A DNA stretch of 64,000 nt from an uncultured delta proteobacterium (GCA_963755125.1 CAVWIP010000017.1:384001-448000); one strand, 5' to 3'; numbered from the stretch's first letter, positions 47,691 through 57,883 are shown. Numbers and translations: made by a program. The notes: generated by a model not told the origin, from the sequence alone.

Positions 47691-50240
47691 CTAGGCTTGT
47701 TTCTTGGTTGGCCTGTGGCTGGGCGAACCCTTCGCCTTTGCTTTGCTGGCAGGAGCGTCCAGGTCAGCGAAGGTGTCCTCGGCCTCGCGCTTGTAGAGGT
47801 CGGCCTCGCGTTCGAAGAAGTCACGCTCGACCGCATTGAAGGCGCTGCTGATGCGGCCTGAGCGCCTGCCTGGCTGCGATGTCCCGCGGTCGCTGTCGTC
47901 CGATGGGGGGACCGTTGGCCGGGCTGCGGCAGGAGCGGCCCGACCGCCGCTTCCGCCGCGCACCTGACCCTTGCCCGAGGCGACACCCGGGGAACCGGTT
48001 CGGGGCTGGGCGGTGCCGGCTAGGCCGCGCGCCGCCGTGCCCGCCGACTGAGGCTTGGGCGCGTCGAGCTTTTGCACCTCGGCCACCAGGCCCGGATCGA
48101 GCGCCACCGAGATGCCGCTGGATGGGGTTTTGAGCGAGCTTGCCGACGAGCGCGGAGCAGGGGCAACCGAAAGCGTGCCGGTTGCCCTGCCGGTGTAGCC
48201 TGGCTTCGGCGGGGAAGAGGTGTTCTTTTGCACTGGGTCGCTGGCGTTGTCAGCGCCAGACTGTGCCGATGTAGCCACCGCGCCGGATTCGGCGTTGAAG
48301 GGCTCGGCTGACTCCGGGGGACCCACGGGCGTCGTGGCCTTTTCCAATCGGCCGAGTTCGGCCATCAACACCGGATCGAGTTCGACGGACACGCCCTTGC
48401 CCGGGGTCTTGGCCGCGGCCGATCGCTGCGAGGGAGTGACGGAAAGGGTGCCTGTCACCCTCGCGCTGCGGTCCCCATCGCTGTGGGTGGCAACGGGCGG
48501 CAACGAGCCGCCGGCAGCGGGAAGAGGCGCAGAGGTCGGAGCGAGCACCACGCCGGTAGCGGCCGCAACTGTCTGGGAGGCGGTCGCCGAACTCAGCGGT
48601 GTGGCGCTGGGTTCGGTCGACGTTGCCACAGCCGCGGGGGAAGCAGTCGGCGCTATTGACTGGGGAGGCGTCGCGACGGCAGCGTCATCCTTCGCGACCA
48701 GCTTGCCGTCGGAGGCAAGCGCAGGATCGATCTCGACAGAAATGCCGCCGCCCGCACGCTGCGGGTGCGCGGCTGAACGTCGGTAACTCGACGAGGGCGC
48801 CACCTGCATTGTGCCTGTCACGCGACCGGTGCGCGTCGGAGGCTCGGCGGGCGCAGCGGGGGTCTCGACCGGAGCGGCGGTTGGCGCTTGCGAGACAACG
48901 GCTTCGACAAGAGCCAGATCGATGCTAACCGAGGGCCGCTTGCGGCCATCGGGCTCCATCTGACGTCGGTCACTTGTCGCGCGACGCTCGATGGTGCCGG
49001 AAGCCCGGGCCTTGCCGGCCTCCGGGGCTTGCGCGACGGGCGCTGCGAGAGGAGCGGCGTTTGGCACGCCAGGCAAGCGCACGGTGGCCGCCTCCATGCT
49101 CAGGATGGGCGTGCCCAGTACAGGCGTCTCAGCCGATGCGCGCCGCTGGGTCTTTCGGCGATTCACATCTCCGACTCGCGTGTCGACCTGAGCGACCCGC
49201 GCAGGTGTCGGTCTGTGCGGCGATGCCGGCGCCGCGCTGTCTTCGGGGCTCGCGATGCGGGCGGTTTCCCAGAATTTCTGCAAGGGCGGGGTAGGCGCGG
49301 TGGTGCCATCCACCGGCTTCCGTCGGGCCACCACCCCAACATCTACCAGGCGGGTGAGGATGCGTACGGTGTCGAAGACGCGGAAGGGGCTTTCGTCGAT
49401 GATGTCGGTCAGCGAGCGCCGTCCGTCGCACAGACGGAGCACCGGCGTGACATCGGAAGGCACCGTGGCCTTTGCCAGTCGGTCGTCGTTCTTCTCGTAC
49501 ACCGAGGAAGCGGGCCCGATGCCCTGGATGGAGTGGTTGTAGTCGCGCAGGAAGCGTTCCGCTTCTTCCATGATCTGATCGAATCGCCGGTTGAACTGCG
49601 CCCGTCGGACCACGGCGCGCAGGCGCAGTTCGATCTTGGCGTCTTCCCACAGCAGAAGGTGATGGACGGCGGGCGGGCCTTGCAGCGAGCCCACTTGGGC
49701 TCCGGCAATCTCGCCCTCGGAAAACAGAATCTCGCCCCGACTATTTGCGCGCTCGACTTGCAACACACCCGAGCGCGTCAGTCCAGTCATAACTCGGATG
49801 ATCGAGAACAAGCCGAACTCAGCTACCGTGCCGTCGATTCCCGCTTCGCTACCCGGCGCGTGCGAATCCCGGTTGCCCAGCGAGACGAGTATGCGACTGG
49901 CCGTGATCGCGTCGCGCACGAACACCGGCGTGGGCAGAAAGTCGATCGACCCACAGTCGAGCACGTCTGCGCGCAGGCTGGCAGGGCCCATGACCAACAA
50001 GGGCAGACCACGGGTTTCTTCGCTGGAACGAAGCTGGCGAAGCAGTGTCAAGGTCTTGTCGTACGGCTCGCGCGCGGCAATCACCAGGATATCCGCGCCG
50101 GACGCCTTGACCAGGAACGTCGCCGTTTCCGGGGCCGGGCAGGCCGTGCTGCGCCAGTCAACACCCTGAAAGCCGTAGACGAGCGATTCGAGTCCCTTCA
50201 GGTCTGAGTCGACGAGTAGCGCTGCGGATGTACGGGCCAT
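47691..50240 (-). CDS. Pseudo-receiver domain, DUF4388 (PatA_N-like) domain and long repeat-containing tail
   Basis: ALLVDSD...ADILVIA...PLLVMG...DFLPTP; GTVAEFGLFSII...RSGVL...GEILFSEGEI; winged-helix-like DGRRSLTDIIDESPF. Confidence 0.75.
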   Translation of the reverse strand: MARTSAALLVDSDLKGLESLVYGFQGVDWRSTACPAPETATFLVKASGADILVIAAREPYDKTLTLLRQLRSSEETRGLPLLVMGPASLRADVLDCGSIDFLPTPVFVRDAITASRILVSLGNRDSHAPGSEAGIDGTVAEFGLFSIIRVMTGLTRSGVLQVERANSRGEILFSEGEIAGAQVGSLQGPPAVHHLLLWEDAKIELRLRAVVRRAQFNRRFDQIMEEAERFLRDYNHSIQGIGPASSVYEKNDDRLAKATVPSDVTPVLRLCDGRRSLTDIIDESPFRVFDTVRILTRLVDVGVVARRKPVDGTTAPTPPLQKFWETARIASPEDSAAPASPHRPTPARVAQVDTRVGDVNRRKTQRRASAETPVLGTPILSMEAATVRLPGVPNAAPLAAPVAQAPEAGKARASGTIERRATSDRRQMEPDGRKRPSVSIDLALVEAVVSQAPTAAPVETPAAPAEPPTRTGRVTGTMQVAPSSSYRRSAAHPQRAGGGISVEIDPALASDGKLVAKDDAAVATPPQSIAPTASPAAVATSTEPSATPLSSATASQTVAAATGVVLAPTSAPLPAAGGSLPPVATHSDGDRSARVTGTLSVTPSQRSAAAKTPGKGVSVELDPVLMAELGRLEKATTPVGPPESAEPFNAESGAVATSAQSGADNASDPVQKNTSSPPKPGYTGRATGTLSVAPAPRSSASSLKTPSSGISVALDPGLVAEVQKLDAPKPQSAGTAARGLAGTAQPRTGSPGVASGKGQVRGGSGGRAAPAAARPTVPPSDDSDRGTSQPGRRSGRISSAFNAVERDFFEREADLYKREAEDTFADLDAPASKAKAKGSPSHRPTKKQA

Positions 50241-50379
50241 TTTCCTGCCGGATAGCGAAAAGCGAGAAGACGGACTAATCGAGTATAGCCGCGGAGCGGG
50301 GCCAGCACACTACGATTGGCGCGTGACGGGCTTCCACGGATGGTGTGCGTAGGGGTGTGATCCCCGTCACTCTTTTTTG

Positions 50380-50451
50380 AGGTGCCGCCCGGATTTGAAC
50401 CGGGGAATAAGGGTTTTGCAGACCCTTGCCTTACCACTTGGCCACGGCACC
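50380..50451 (-). tRNA. tRNA-Cys (GCA); CCA not encoded
   Basis: GGTGCCG TGGCCAAGTGGTAAGGC AAGGGT CTGCAAA ACCCT TATT CCCCGG TTCAAAT CCGGG CGGCACC T. Confidence 0.95.
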
Positions 50452-50507
50452 GGACTTCCTCGCCCGGGTATCTAGCACAAACCTAGCAGAAAGCGGCATA
50501 TCAACGA

Positions 50508-51257
50508 CTATTCGATACGGCCCAGCAGACGGAGCAGGCCGTCGAGAATGCTGAGCGGGTGGGGCGGACAGCCAGGAAGGTAGAGATCCACCGGAATGTC
50601 GCCGGGGATGCCGTTGGCACAGGTGGATGAGCCGGCAAAAGGGCCGCCGCTGATGGCGCAGGCGCCGGCGGCAATCACCAGTTTGGGTTCCGGCACCGCC
50701 GCATAGGTCTCGCGCAACGCGAGCGCCATGTTGGTGGTGACGGGCCCGGTGACCACGATGCCGTCGGCGTGGCGAGGCGAGGCCACGAACTGGATGCCGA
50801 AGCGGCCGATGTCGAAGACCACGATGCCGGTGACATTGAGGTCGGCCTCGCAGGCGTTGCAGCCACCGGCCGAAACCTGGCGCAGCTTGAGCGAGCGACC
50901 GAAAATCTTGCGCATCTTTCGCTCGAGTGCGGCGGCCAGCTTCATCTCGCTGCCGGAAAGCACCAGGTCGCCGCGGGTGCGTGCGGCCAGGCGGAAGTCG
51001 TTAGTCGAAGTGATGGCACCGTCGTCGCAAGCCTCGGCACAGGCAGGGCAGAAGAGGCAGGCACCAAGATCCAGAGATAGGGGATCGGTCTCGATCGCGG
51101 CGGTTGGGCAGGCGTCGACGCAGCGATGACAGCCAGCCTGACACCGAGACGGATCCACGACCGGTCGGCCGCTGAATCGGTGCGAGAGTTCGCTCGGGCC
51201 CTTGGGAAAATCAATCGTCCGGTAGCCCTGGCGCAGTCGTTCCCAAAGGCGGTGCAT
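50508..51257 (-). CDS. hyfI: Ferredoxin plus NuoB/HyfI-like small subunit (fused)
   Basis: CQAGCHRCVDACP, CLFCPACAEAC; GGCNACE, ASPRHAD, GACA, PGCPP. Confidence 0.85.
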   Translation of the reverse strand: MHRLWERLRQGYRTIDFPKGPSELSHRFSGRPVVDPSRCQAGCHRCVDACPTAAIETDPLSLDLGACLFCPACAEACDDGAITSTNDFRLAARTRGDLVLSGSEMKLAAALERKMRKIFGRSLKLRQVSAGGCNACEADLNVTGIVVFDIGRFGIQFVASPRHADGIVVTGPVTTNMALALRETYAAVPEPKLVIAAGACAISGGPFAGSSTCANGIPGDIPVDLYLPGCPPHPLSILDGLLRLLGRIE

Positions 51258-52789
51258 CAGAGATCGTGCCCCGCGTACGACAGGTTGAAGCTCTTGTTGC
51301 AGAGGGGGAAGTCGGAGATCTGGCCCCCGCGCATGGCCATGGCCAAACCCAGCCAATTGTGAAACGAAGGATCGACGATCTTGTAGAGGGCCAGCTTGCC
51401 CTTGTCGTCGGTGGCCGCCACATGCGCGATCTCGCCTCGCCAGCTCTCGACAAGTGTGACGGCCAGCGCGTGTGGCCGGGCATTGCCGAGAGCGACAGCG
51501 CGTGCTCCCTCGGGCAACGCCTCAACCTGTTGGCGAACCAAGGCAATCGAGGATTCGGCCTCGCGCCGACGGATCTGAGCGCGCGCCATCACTCCGCCCG
51601 AGGACGCGGCGGCGGGCTCGATGCTGGTTCGGCAAAAGATCCCCACCGGATGGTCACGCCGCACGTCGCGGTTGCAGCCACTGGCGCGGGCAGCAACGCC
51701 GACCAGGCCGAGTGTCTGGGCCATGGCGGTCATCACCACGCCGGTGCCCTCGAAACGTGACACCACGGCTGGGGTTTGAAAGACCACGTCCGCGATGTGG
51801 CGTAGGTCGGTGCCTGCGGCCTGCAAGCGGGCCAGAAAAGTCTCGCGGTCCGCTACTGGCAGGTCGAAACGCACGCCACCCGGAATGACCAGGCCGCGGC
51901 CAAAACGACTGCCGCACATCTCCAATGAGAGATTGAGAAACTCGCCGCGCAGTCGGCCGAACCAGGACGCGCCGGGCAGGTAGCCCACGTCGTTGCACAG
52001 AGCGCCGAGATCGCCGACATGGTTGGCCAGTCGCTCCAGTTCCAGGGCGATGCCTCGCATGGCCTCGGCTTGGGGCGGAGGCACGCTGCCTGTCAGCGCT
52101 TCCAGCGCCGTGCTGTACGCAAGACCATGCCCGACGCTGGTGTCGCCGGCGATGGTTTCGGCGATGGCCAGGCAGCGTGCAGGCGACGAGCGGAGCAACA
52201 GGGCTTCGGCGCCCCGGTGTTGATAGCCGAGCTGGATCTCCAGATGCAGGACGGTTTCCCCGTGGCACTGGAAGCGAAAGTGACCGGGCTCGATGATGCC
52301 TGCGTGTACGGGACCCACCGCTACCTCGTGCAGGCCCGCGCCCTCGACGCGGAAGAAGGGGTACGGGTCAGAACTGGCGTCTGTCTGCGCGGGCACCTCC
52401 AAATCGGCGTGGCGGCGCAGGGGTTTGGCCCAGGGGTGGCCCTCAGGAACGATGCCGTGCTCTTCCAGGATCTCGCGCTCGAAGGCCTGGGCCTGCGGCA
52501 GTTCGGGCGTCAGCGCCGGGTAGCGGCGATCGGCGGGAACTGGAGTGCGAAGCAGATGCAGCACCCCGCGCCCGTCGTCGGCCAGCACGGCCAGGATGCC
52601 GTCGCCGTCGGGCAGCACGACCATCGCCGTCAGGCGCGCGCCGGCCGCGCAGTTCTCTTTGATTGCGCGCCGGAAGGTCTCCACGGCGGTCAGGGGGATT
52701 TGGTCGATCGCCACAGCCTCTGCGTTGCGAACCGTGCGCATCGAGGTGGTCGCGGCTGAACCCGGAATCATGTCTGGAGTCACGCCCAT
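51257..52789 (-). CDS. hyfG: HyfG/HycE-like large subunit (NuoC+NuoD fold) lacking NiFe cysteines (Ehr type)
   Basis: FEREI...GHPW, GPVHAGIIEPGHFRF, LGYQHRG, LELERLANH, VESWRGE, DPSFHNW, ends DFPLCNKSFNLSYAGHDL. Confidence 0.88.
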   Translation of the reverse strand: MGVTPDMIPGSAATTSMRTVRNAEAVAIDQIPLTAVETFRRAIKENCAAGARLTAMVVLPDGDGILAVLADDGRGVLHLLRTPVPADRRYPALTPELPQAQAFEREILEEHGIVPEGHPWAKPLRRHADLEVPAQTDASSDPYPFFRVEGAGLHEVAVGPVHAGIIEPGHFRFQCHGETVLHLEIQLGYQHRGAEALLLRSSPARCLAIAETIAGDTSVGHGLAYSTALEALTGSVPPPQAEAMRGIALELERLANHVGDLGALCNDVGYLPGASWFGRLRGEFLNLSLEMCGSRFGRGLVIPGGVRFDLPVADRETFLARLQAAGTDLRHIADVVFQTPAVVSRFEGTGVVMTAMAQTLGLVGVAARASGCNRDVRRDHPVGIFCRTSIEPAAASSGGVMARAQIRRREAESSIALVRQQVEALPEGARAVALGNARPHALAVTLVESWRGEIAHVAATDDKGKLALYKIVDPSFHNWLGLAMAMRGGQISDFPLCNKSFNLSYAGHDL

Positions 52790-54270
52790 CAGGGCACCGG
52801 CCTCACGATGCGGGCGGCTTGTTCCAAGATGTCGCGCAGGGGCTGCGGCATCCACAGGCCGAGCAGCGCCAGCAGGGTCAGCGGCAGGATCACCACGACC
52901 CCGTCGAGAAGTCCCGCCTTTTCGGCCATGCCGTCGCGTGGAGGCTGGCCCCACGCCATGGCCATGGCGTGGCCGAACATGCCGATGAAAGCTGTGCCGG
53001 CTGCAGCCAGGAAGGCCACCAGCACCACGATGGCGCGAACATTCACGGCCGCTTTCACGGTCAGAAGCTCGCTCATGAAGGTCCCCGAGGGCACCACACC
53101 GATGAGGCCCAGCAGACCCAGCAGGAGTCCCGCTCCCCACAGCGGCGCTGCGCGCAGGGTGCCTCGCAACGATTTCATCTCGTGCGTCCCGTAGACCTGG
53201 CCCAGCCGGCCCGCGCAGAAGAAGCCCACCGTCTTGCCCAGGGAATGATTGGCGGCGTGGAACATGGCTGCAAAGGTTCCCAGCCCGCCCAGGCCCAGCC
53301 CGACCGCGATGATTCCCAAATGCTCGACGCTGCAGTAGGCGAGCATGCGCTTGGCATCGCGCTGAAAGAGAATGAAGGCGGCCGCGACCAGCATGGAGAT
53401 CACGCCAAGCAGAGCCAGCAGCCGCAGCGCCCAGCCTGTCCCGCCGGTGGCGGCCTCCACCACCGGGACGTAGCGCATGATGCAGTAGAGGGCGGTGTTG
53501 AGCATCACGCCCGAGAAGATGGCGGACACCGGCGCGGGAGCCTGGCTGTGGGCGTCGGGCAGCCAGGTGTGCATGGGGGCAAGGCCCACCTTGGTGCCGT
53601 AGCCGACCAGCAGAAACAGGAACCCGATCTTGAGCGGCGCGGGATCGAGCAGGGGCGCCACCTCGCGCAGCCGCGTCCACAGCATGGCGTCCGAGGGAGA
53701 AGCCAGTGCGCGCGTGGCAGAGGCGCCCACCAGCAGCGTGCCCATGAAGGCGATGGCGATGCCGACCGAGCAGATCACCAGGTACTTCCAGGTCGCTTCC
53801 AGCGATTCCCGCGAACGGTGAAGTCCGATGAGGAAGGTCGTCACCAGCGTCGTCGATTCGATGCCAACCCACATGAGCCCGAGGTGGTTGGATACCAGCA
53901 CCAGGGTCATGGCAGCCAGCGAGCCAAACCACAGGGCGCCGAAGCGGCGTGCGCTGCGACGATCCAGAGCGTGCGGGCCACGGCGAAAGTAGCGACCCGC
54001 AAACACCGTGCTCAGCGCGAACACCAGCGCCAAGAGCAATAAATGATAGGCGGAAAGCGCGTCGACGAACAGCCAGCCGCCGAGCGCATTCCGCGATCCG
54101 CCGCCAAATACCGTGGCAGCCAGGTATGCCGCAGCCAGCGCTGTCACGAGCACGCCGGCTGTGAGCACCGCCAGCACGGCGCGCGCTGATGTCAAGAGCA
54201 GGCACAGACCCGCACCGGCGACGGGCATGGCCAGAACCGCAACCAGCAGAATCGCCGACGGGTCCACCAT
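52789..54270 (-). CDS. hyfF: HyfF-like antiporter subunit
   Basis: WVGIESTTL, LEATWKY, GYGTKVGLAPMHTWLPDAHSQAP, KRMLAYCSVEH. Confidence 0.88.
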   Translation of the reverse strand: MVDPSAILLVAVLAMPVAGAGLCLLLTSARAVLAVLTAGVLVTALAAAYLAATVFGGGSRNALGGWLFVDALSAYHLLLLALVFALSTVFAGRYFRRGPHALDRRSARRFGALWFGSLAAMTLVLVSNHLGLMWVGIESTTLVTTFLIGLHRSRESLEATWKYLVICSVGIAIAFMGTLLVGASATRALASPSDAMLWTRLREVAPLLDPAPLKIGFLFLLVGYGTKVGLAPMHTWLPDAHSQAPAPVSAIFSGVMLNTALYCIMRYVPVVEAATGGTGWALRLLALLGVISMLVAAAFILFQRDAKRMLAYCSVEHLGIIAVGLGLGGLGTFAAMFHAANHSLGKTVGFFCAGRLGQVYGTHEMKSLRGTLRAAPLWGAGLLLGLLGLIGVVPSGTFMSELLTVKAAVNVRAIVVLVAFLAAAGTAFIGMFGHAMAMAWGQPPRDGMAEKAGLLDGVVVILPLTLLALLGLWMPQPLRDILEQAARIVRPVP

Positions 54271-54923
54271 CACCCCTTGAGCAGATTGAGCTGATCCACG
54301 TCGATGTGATCGAACTCGCGGTTGATCTGGTGGATTACGATGCCCATCACGAAGACGCCGACCAGCAGGTCAAGAAGCAAGCCCAGTTCGACGACAAAAG
54401 GCATCTGTGCGGCCAGACTTTGGCCGAAGACATAGGCGCCGTTCTCGATGAGTAGATATCCGATCACCTGCGTGATGGCCTTGCGCCGGCTGACCAGCAC
54501 GAGGAAACCGATGAGGAAGGTGGCGAAGGCGGTGGGGACGAACAGGTGCGTGGTTCCGGCGACGGGCAGGGCCAGGACGGTGGCCAGCCAGAACGAGATC
54601 CCGACCAGCACGCCGGCCAGCAGCACCGAGAGGTGCAGACTGACAAACGGCTCGACGTCGCGACGCACGCCCGCATCGCGCAGGGCGCGCATGAGCAAGC
54701 GCGGAATGAAAATGGCTTTGAACGCCAGCGCACTGGCGGCCATGACCAGGACGTGGACCAGATGGGGGGAAGGCGTTTCCAGGTAGTGCACCACGGGCAG
54801 CAGCGCCAGTGTCGCCCCTTGCAAGGCCGAGGCGCGCACACACGCCGCCAGACGGCTGGTGTAGACGACATAGAGGTCGAGCACGAGTACCGCGAGCAAA
54901 AGCAGGTCGGCGTATCCGGTCAC
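54270..54923 (-). CDS. hyfE: HyfE-like membrane subunit
   Basis: QG, KAIFIP, RRKAITQVIGYLLIENG, VELGLLLD. Confidence 0.85.
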   Translation of the reverse strand: MTGYADLLLLAVLVLDLYVVYTSRLAACVRASALQGATLALLPVVHYLETPSPHLVHVLVMAASALAFKAIFIPRLLMRALRDAGVRRDVEPFVSLHLSVLLAGVLVGISFWLATVLALPVAGTTHLFVPTAFATFLIGFLVLVSRRKAITQVIGYLLIENGAYVFGQSLAAQMPFVVELGLLLDLLVGVFVMGIVIHQINREFDHIDVDQLNLLKG

Positions 54924-55837
54924 GGCGTGCCTCGATAAAGCAGCACGGCCAAGCCCAGGGCCGCGATCACCGAGGCCCCGACCAGAAATTGCGGCACCCT
55001 GAGCAGGCGGATGCGCGCGGTCACCGACTCGACGATGCCCACCAGCACGGCCACGGCCACGGCTCCGGCCACGAAGACACCCGCGCCCAGTGCGCCCCCG
55101 GCCGGCGGAACTGGAAGCACCATGTGCACGAGCAAGCTGGCGAAGAGAAACAATTTGACCGCGCTGCCGTAGAGCACGAAGGCCAGGTCAGGGCCACCGT
55201 GATCCAGCACCATCGCTTCGTGGATCATGGTCAGCTCCAGGTGGGTGGTGGGATCGTCGATGGGGATGCGCGAGTTCTCCGCCAGCAGCACCCCGAACAG
55301 GGCCACCGCGGCCGCGGGCAGGGCCGGGTGTGCCGGGCCCCAAGTTTGCCACGGCGAGGCCCACGCCTCGGCGAACGAGACACTGCCCGCGGGCACGCAG
55401 ACGATGGCCAGCACCAGGAAGAGAGCAGGCTCCGCCAGAGCCGAGAAGGCGGCCTCGCGGCTTGCCCCCATGCCCTCGAAGCTGGACCCGGTGTCGAGCG
55501 CGGCGGCCATGGTGAAAAAGCGGCCGAGCCCGAGCAGATAGGCGAAGAGAATGACGTCGCCAGAAAAGCCGAGCGGCGAGGCCGCGGCGCCGAGTGGAGT
55601 CAGAAGCCCGGCCGCCAGCGCGGAGGCCAGGGTCACGATGGGACCGGCGCGGAAGAGCCAGGTCGTGGTCCGGCTGTAAACCGCGCCCTTGCGCAGAAGC
55701 TTCCACAGGTCGAAATACGGCTGCCAGAGTGGCGCTCCCTTGCGGCCGGCGAACCAGGACTTGGTGCGGATGATGATGCCGACGAGCAGGGGCGGCAGCG
55801 CGAGCAAAAGGCAGAGGTGAAGGATGATCGCCGTCAT
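54920..55837 (-). CDS. hyfC: HyfC/NuoH-like membrane subunit
   Basis: GRKGAPLWQPYFDLWKL, LDTGSSFEGMGASRE, ENSRIPIDDPTTHLELTMIHE. Confidence 0.88.
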   Translation of the reverse strand: MTAIILHLCLLLALPPLLVGIIIRTKSWFAGRKGAPLWQPYFDLWKLLRKGAVYSRTTTWLFRAGPIVTLASALAAGLLTPLGAAASPLGFSGDVILFAYLLGLGRFFTMAAALDTGSSFEGMGASREAAFSALAEPALFLVLAIVCVPAGSVSFAEAWASPWQTWGPAHPALPAAAVALFGVLLAENSRIPIDDPTTHLELTMIHEAMVLDHGGPDLAFVLYGSAVKLFLFASLLVHMVLPVPPAGGALGAGVFVAGAVAVAVLVGIVESVTARIRLLRVPQFLVGASVIAALGLAVLLYRGTP

Positions 55838-55838
55838 G

Positions 55839-57800
55839 TCAGTGCCTCATGGCTCCGGACAATTGCCACAGGACCAGCGCCACCAGGGTTGCCAGGACGT
55901 AGACCAGATAGAGCTGCATGCGACCGTGCTGGATCACTCTCAGTCGCCGGGCTGTGTGCAGAAAGCGGCGCCAGGCCGGCACCAGCACGCGCTCGCCCGC
56001 CATGTCGCCCACGTGTTTTTCAAAGTGGGCCAGCGCGGGAAAGATCCCGGCGGGCAGCCCGCCGTGGGTCCGGATCTGCAGCGCACTGGAGAAGGGCGCG
56101 AGCACGGGCTCCGCGAACGAGGTGGCCGTGTACTGCATACGCGGCGTCGCGTGGGGGTAGCCGCAGCCCCAGGTCGCGGCTCGGCCGATGGGGCGCTGCT
56201 TGAGCAACCGGGCTCGCAGCCAGGCCAGCGCGCCGATCAAGCAGACAAGAACCGCGGCCAGCAAGCTGAGGTGGAAAAGCGCGCCCAGGTCGGCTGGCAT
56301 GGCTGCCCCGCTCAGCTTGACCGCCACGGGCGCCACCAGAGCGACCGCGCCGGCGGGCCACAGGCCGATGGCCAAACAAGCCAGGGCCGCGATCAGCATG
56401 GGTGCGCGCATGGCAAGTCCGACTTCGTGGGCGTGCCGGGAGTGGTCGCTGCGCGGCTCGCCGAGAAACACCACACCAAAGACCTTGACGAAGCACGCCG
56501 CCGCCAAGCCGCCGATGAGGGCCAACGCCGGCAAGGTGACCAGCGCCACCACCGCGCCGCTCGCGGGCAGGGTGGCCCCGCCGCGGAAAGCACCCAGGTA
56601 GATCAGCCATTCGCTGACGAAGCCGTTGAGCGGGGGCAGGCCACAGATAGCGACGGAACCCACCAGAAATGCCGTCCCGGTCGTCGGCATCCGTCGGTAG
56701 AGGCCGCCCAGCGATTCCAGGTGCCGCGTGCCCGAGCCGTGCAGCACGCTGCCCGCGCCCTGAAAAAGCAGCCCCTTGAACAGACCGTGATTGAGCGTGT
56801 GCAGGAGCGCGCCTGCGTAGCCGAGCGTGGCAAGCGTGGGGTTGCCATAGCGCTGGCCCAGAAGGCTGATCCCGATGCCCAGGGCGATGATGCCGATGTT
56901 CTCCACGCTGTGATAGGCAAGCAGGCGCTTGAGATCGTGCTGGGCCAGCGCGTGCAACACGCCCGCCACCCCTGAGACCGCGCCCACCAGGATGAAAACT
57001 GCGCCCCACCAGGCGGGAGGCGGCCCCAGAAAAGGCAACACGCGCAGCAGGCCGTAGATGCCCATCTTGATCATCACGCCCGACATCACCGCAGAGACGT
57101 GACTGGGCGCCGCCGGGTGAGCGTCGGGCAGCCAGATGTGCATCGGCCAAAAACCGGCCTTGGTGCCGAAGCCGCCTACGGCGAGCAGGAAGGCAGCGCT
57201 GCCCAGCCCCGCCGCGCTCGCCCCGAATTTTTCCATCGCGGCAAAGTCGAAACTGCCTGCCTCGCGCGCCAGCAAGGAGAACAGAGCGAAGAGCAGGATC
57301 GCGCCCGCGTGGGATGCGATGAGATAGGTCGTGCCCGCGCGCCGGACTTCATCGCGGTCGTCCTCGAAAGTCACCAGGAAGAACGACGAGAGAGACATGA
57401 TTTCCCACGAGAGCAGGAACACCACCCCGTCGCGCGCCAGCACCACGCCTAGCATGGCGGCCAGCAGCAGGTTGAAGAAGACGAGGGCCGGCGCGATCCG
57501 CCGCTTTCCCAAGTAGCTGCGCAGATAGCCCGCGCCGTAGACCGCGGCCAGGCCCGACACAACACAGATGCACAGGGCAAAGAACGCGGAAAGCGGATCG
57601 ATGCCCACGCGCAACTCGCCGATGGGCAGCGAGAACGGAGCGCTCCAGAGCGGCGAGACACCGCCGCGCAGGGCCAGCAGCGAAGCCCCTGCGCCCACCA
57701 ACGAGGCCGCGACGGCACCTGCGGTCCCCACCACCAAGGCGATCCGATCCCTGCGCCCCAACATCGCGGCCAACAGCGCGCTTCCGGTCAGAAGCGCCAT
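55839..57800 (-). CDS. hyfB: HyfB-like antiporter subunit
   Basis: WEIMSLSS, GFGTKAGFWPMHIWLPDAHPAAPSHVSA, DLKRLLAYHSVENIG, NHGLFKG, GLPPLNGFVSEW, TWGCGY. Confidence 0.9.
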   Translation of the reverse strand: MALLTGSALLAAMLGRRDRIALVVGTAGAVAASLVGAGASLLALRGGVSPLWSAPFSLPIGELRVGIDPLSAFFALCICVVSGLAAVYGAGYLRSYLGKRRIAPALVFFNLLLAAMLGVVLARDGVVFLLSWEIMSLSSFFLVTFEDDRDEVRRAGTTYLIASHAGAILLFALFSLLAREAGSFDFAAMEKFGASAAGLGSAAFLLAVGGFGTKAGFWPMHIWLPDAHPAAPSHVSAVMSGVMIKMGIYGLLRVLPFLGPPPAWWGAVFILVGAVSGVAGVLHALAQHDLKRLLAYHSVENIGIIALGIGISLLGQRYGNPTLATLGYAGALLHTLNHGLFKGLLFQGAGSVLHGSGTRHLESLGGLYRRMPTTGTAFLVGSVAICGLPPLNGFVSEWLIYLGAFRGGATLPASGAVVALVTLPALALIGGLAAACFVKVFGVVFLGEPRSDHSRHAHEVGLAMRAPMLIAALACLAIGLWPAGAVALVAPVAVKLSGAAMPADLGALFHLSLLAAVLVCLIGALAWLRARLLKQRPIGRAATWGCGYPHATPRMQYTATSFAEPVLAPFSSALQIRTHGGLPAGIFPALAHFEKHVGDMAGERVLVPAWRRFLHTARRLRVIQHGRMQLYLVYVLATLVALVLWQLSGAMRH

Positions 57801-57855
57801 CGAGATGAGAATGAGTTGCAGAGAAATCGACGGTGCTTCCTTGAAAACGAAGGTA

Positions 57856-57883
57856 CTTGTACGCCAAGCCGCGGGCCTGTCAA
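57856..57883 (-). promoter_or_regulatory. Putative promoter of the hyf-like operon
   Basis: TTGACA-N16-TACAAG on the minus strand. Confidence 0.4.

Noticed and set aside
52790..54205. 982-aa ORF suggesting a large fusion to the hyfG-like subunit
   Set aside because: The upstream part is an off-frame read-through of hyfF; the real start is near 52789.
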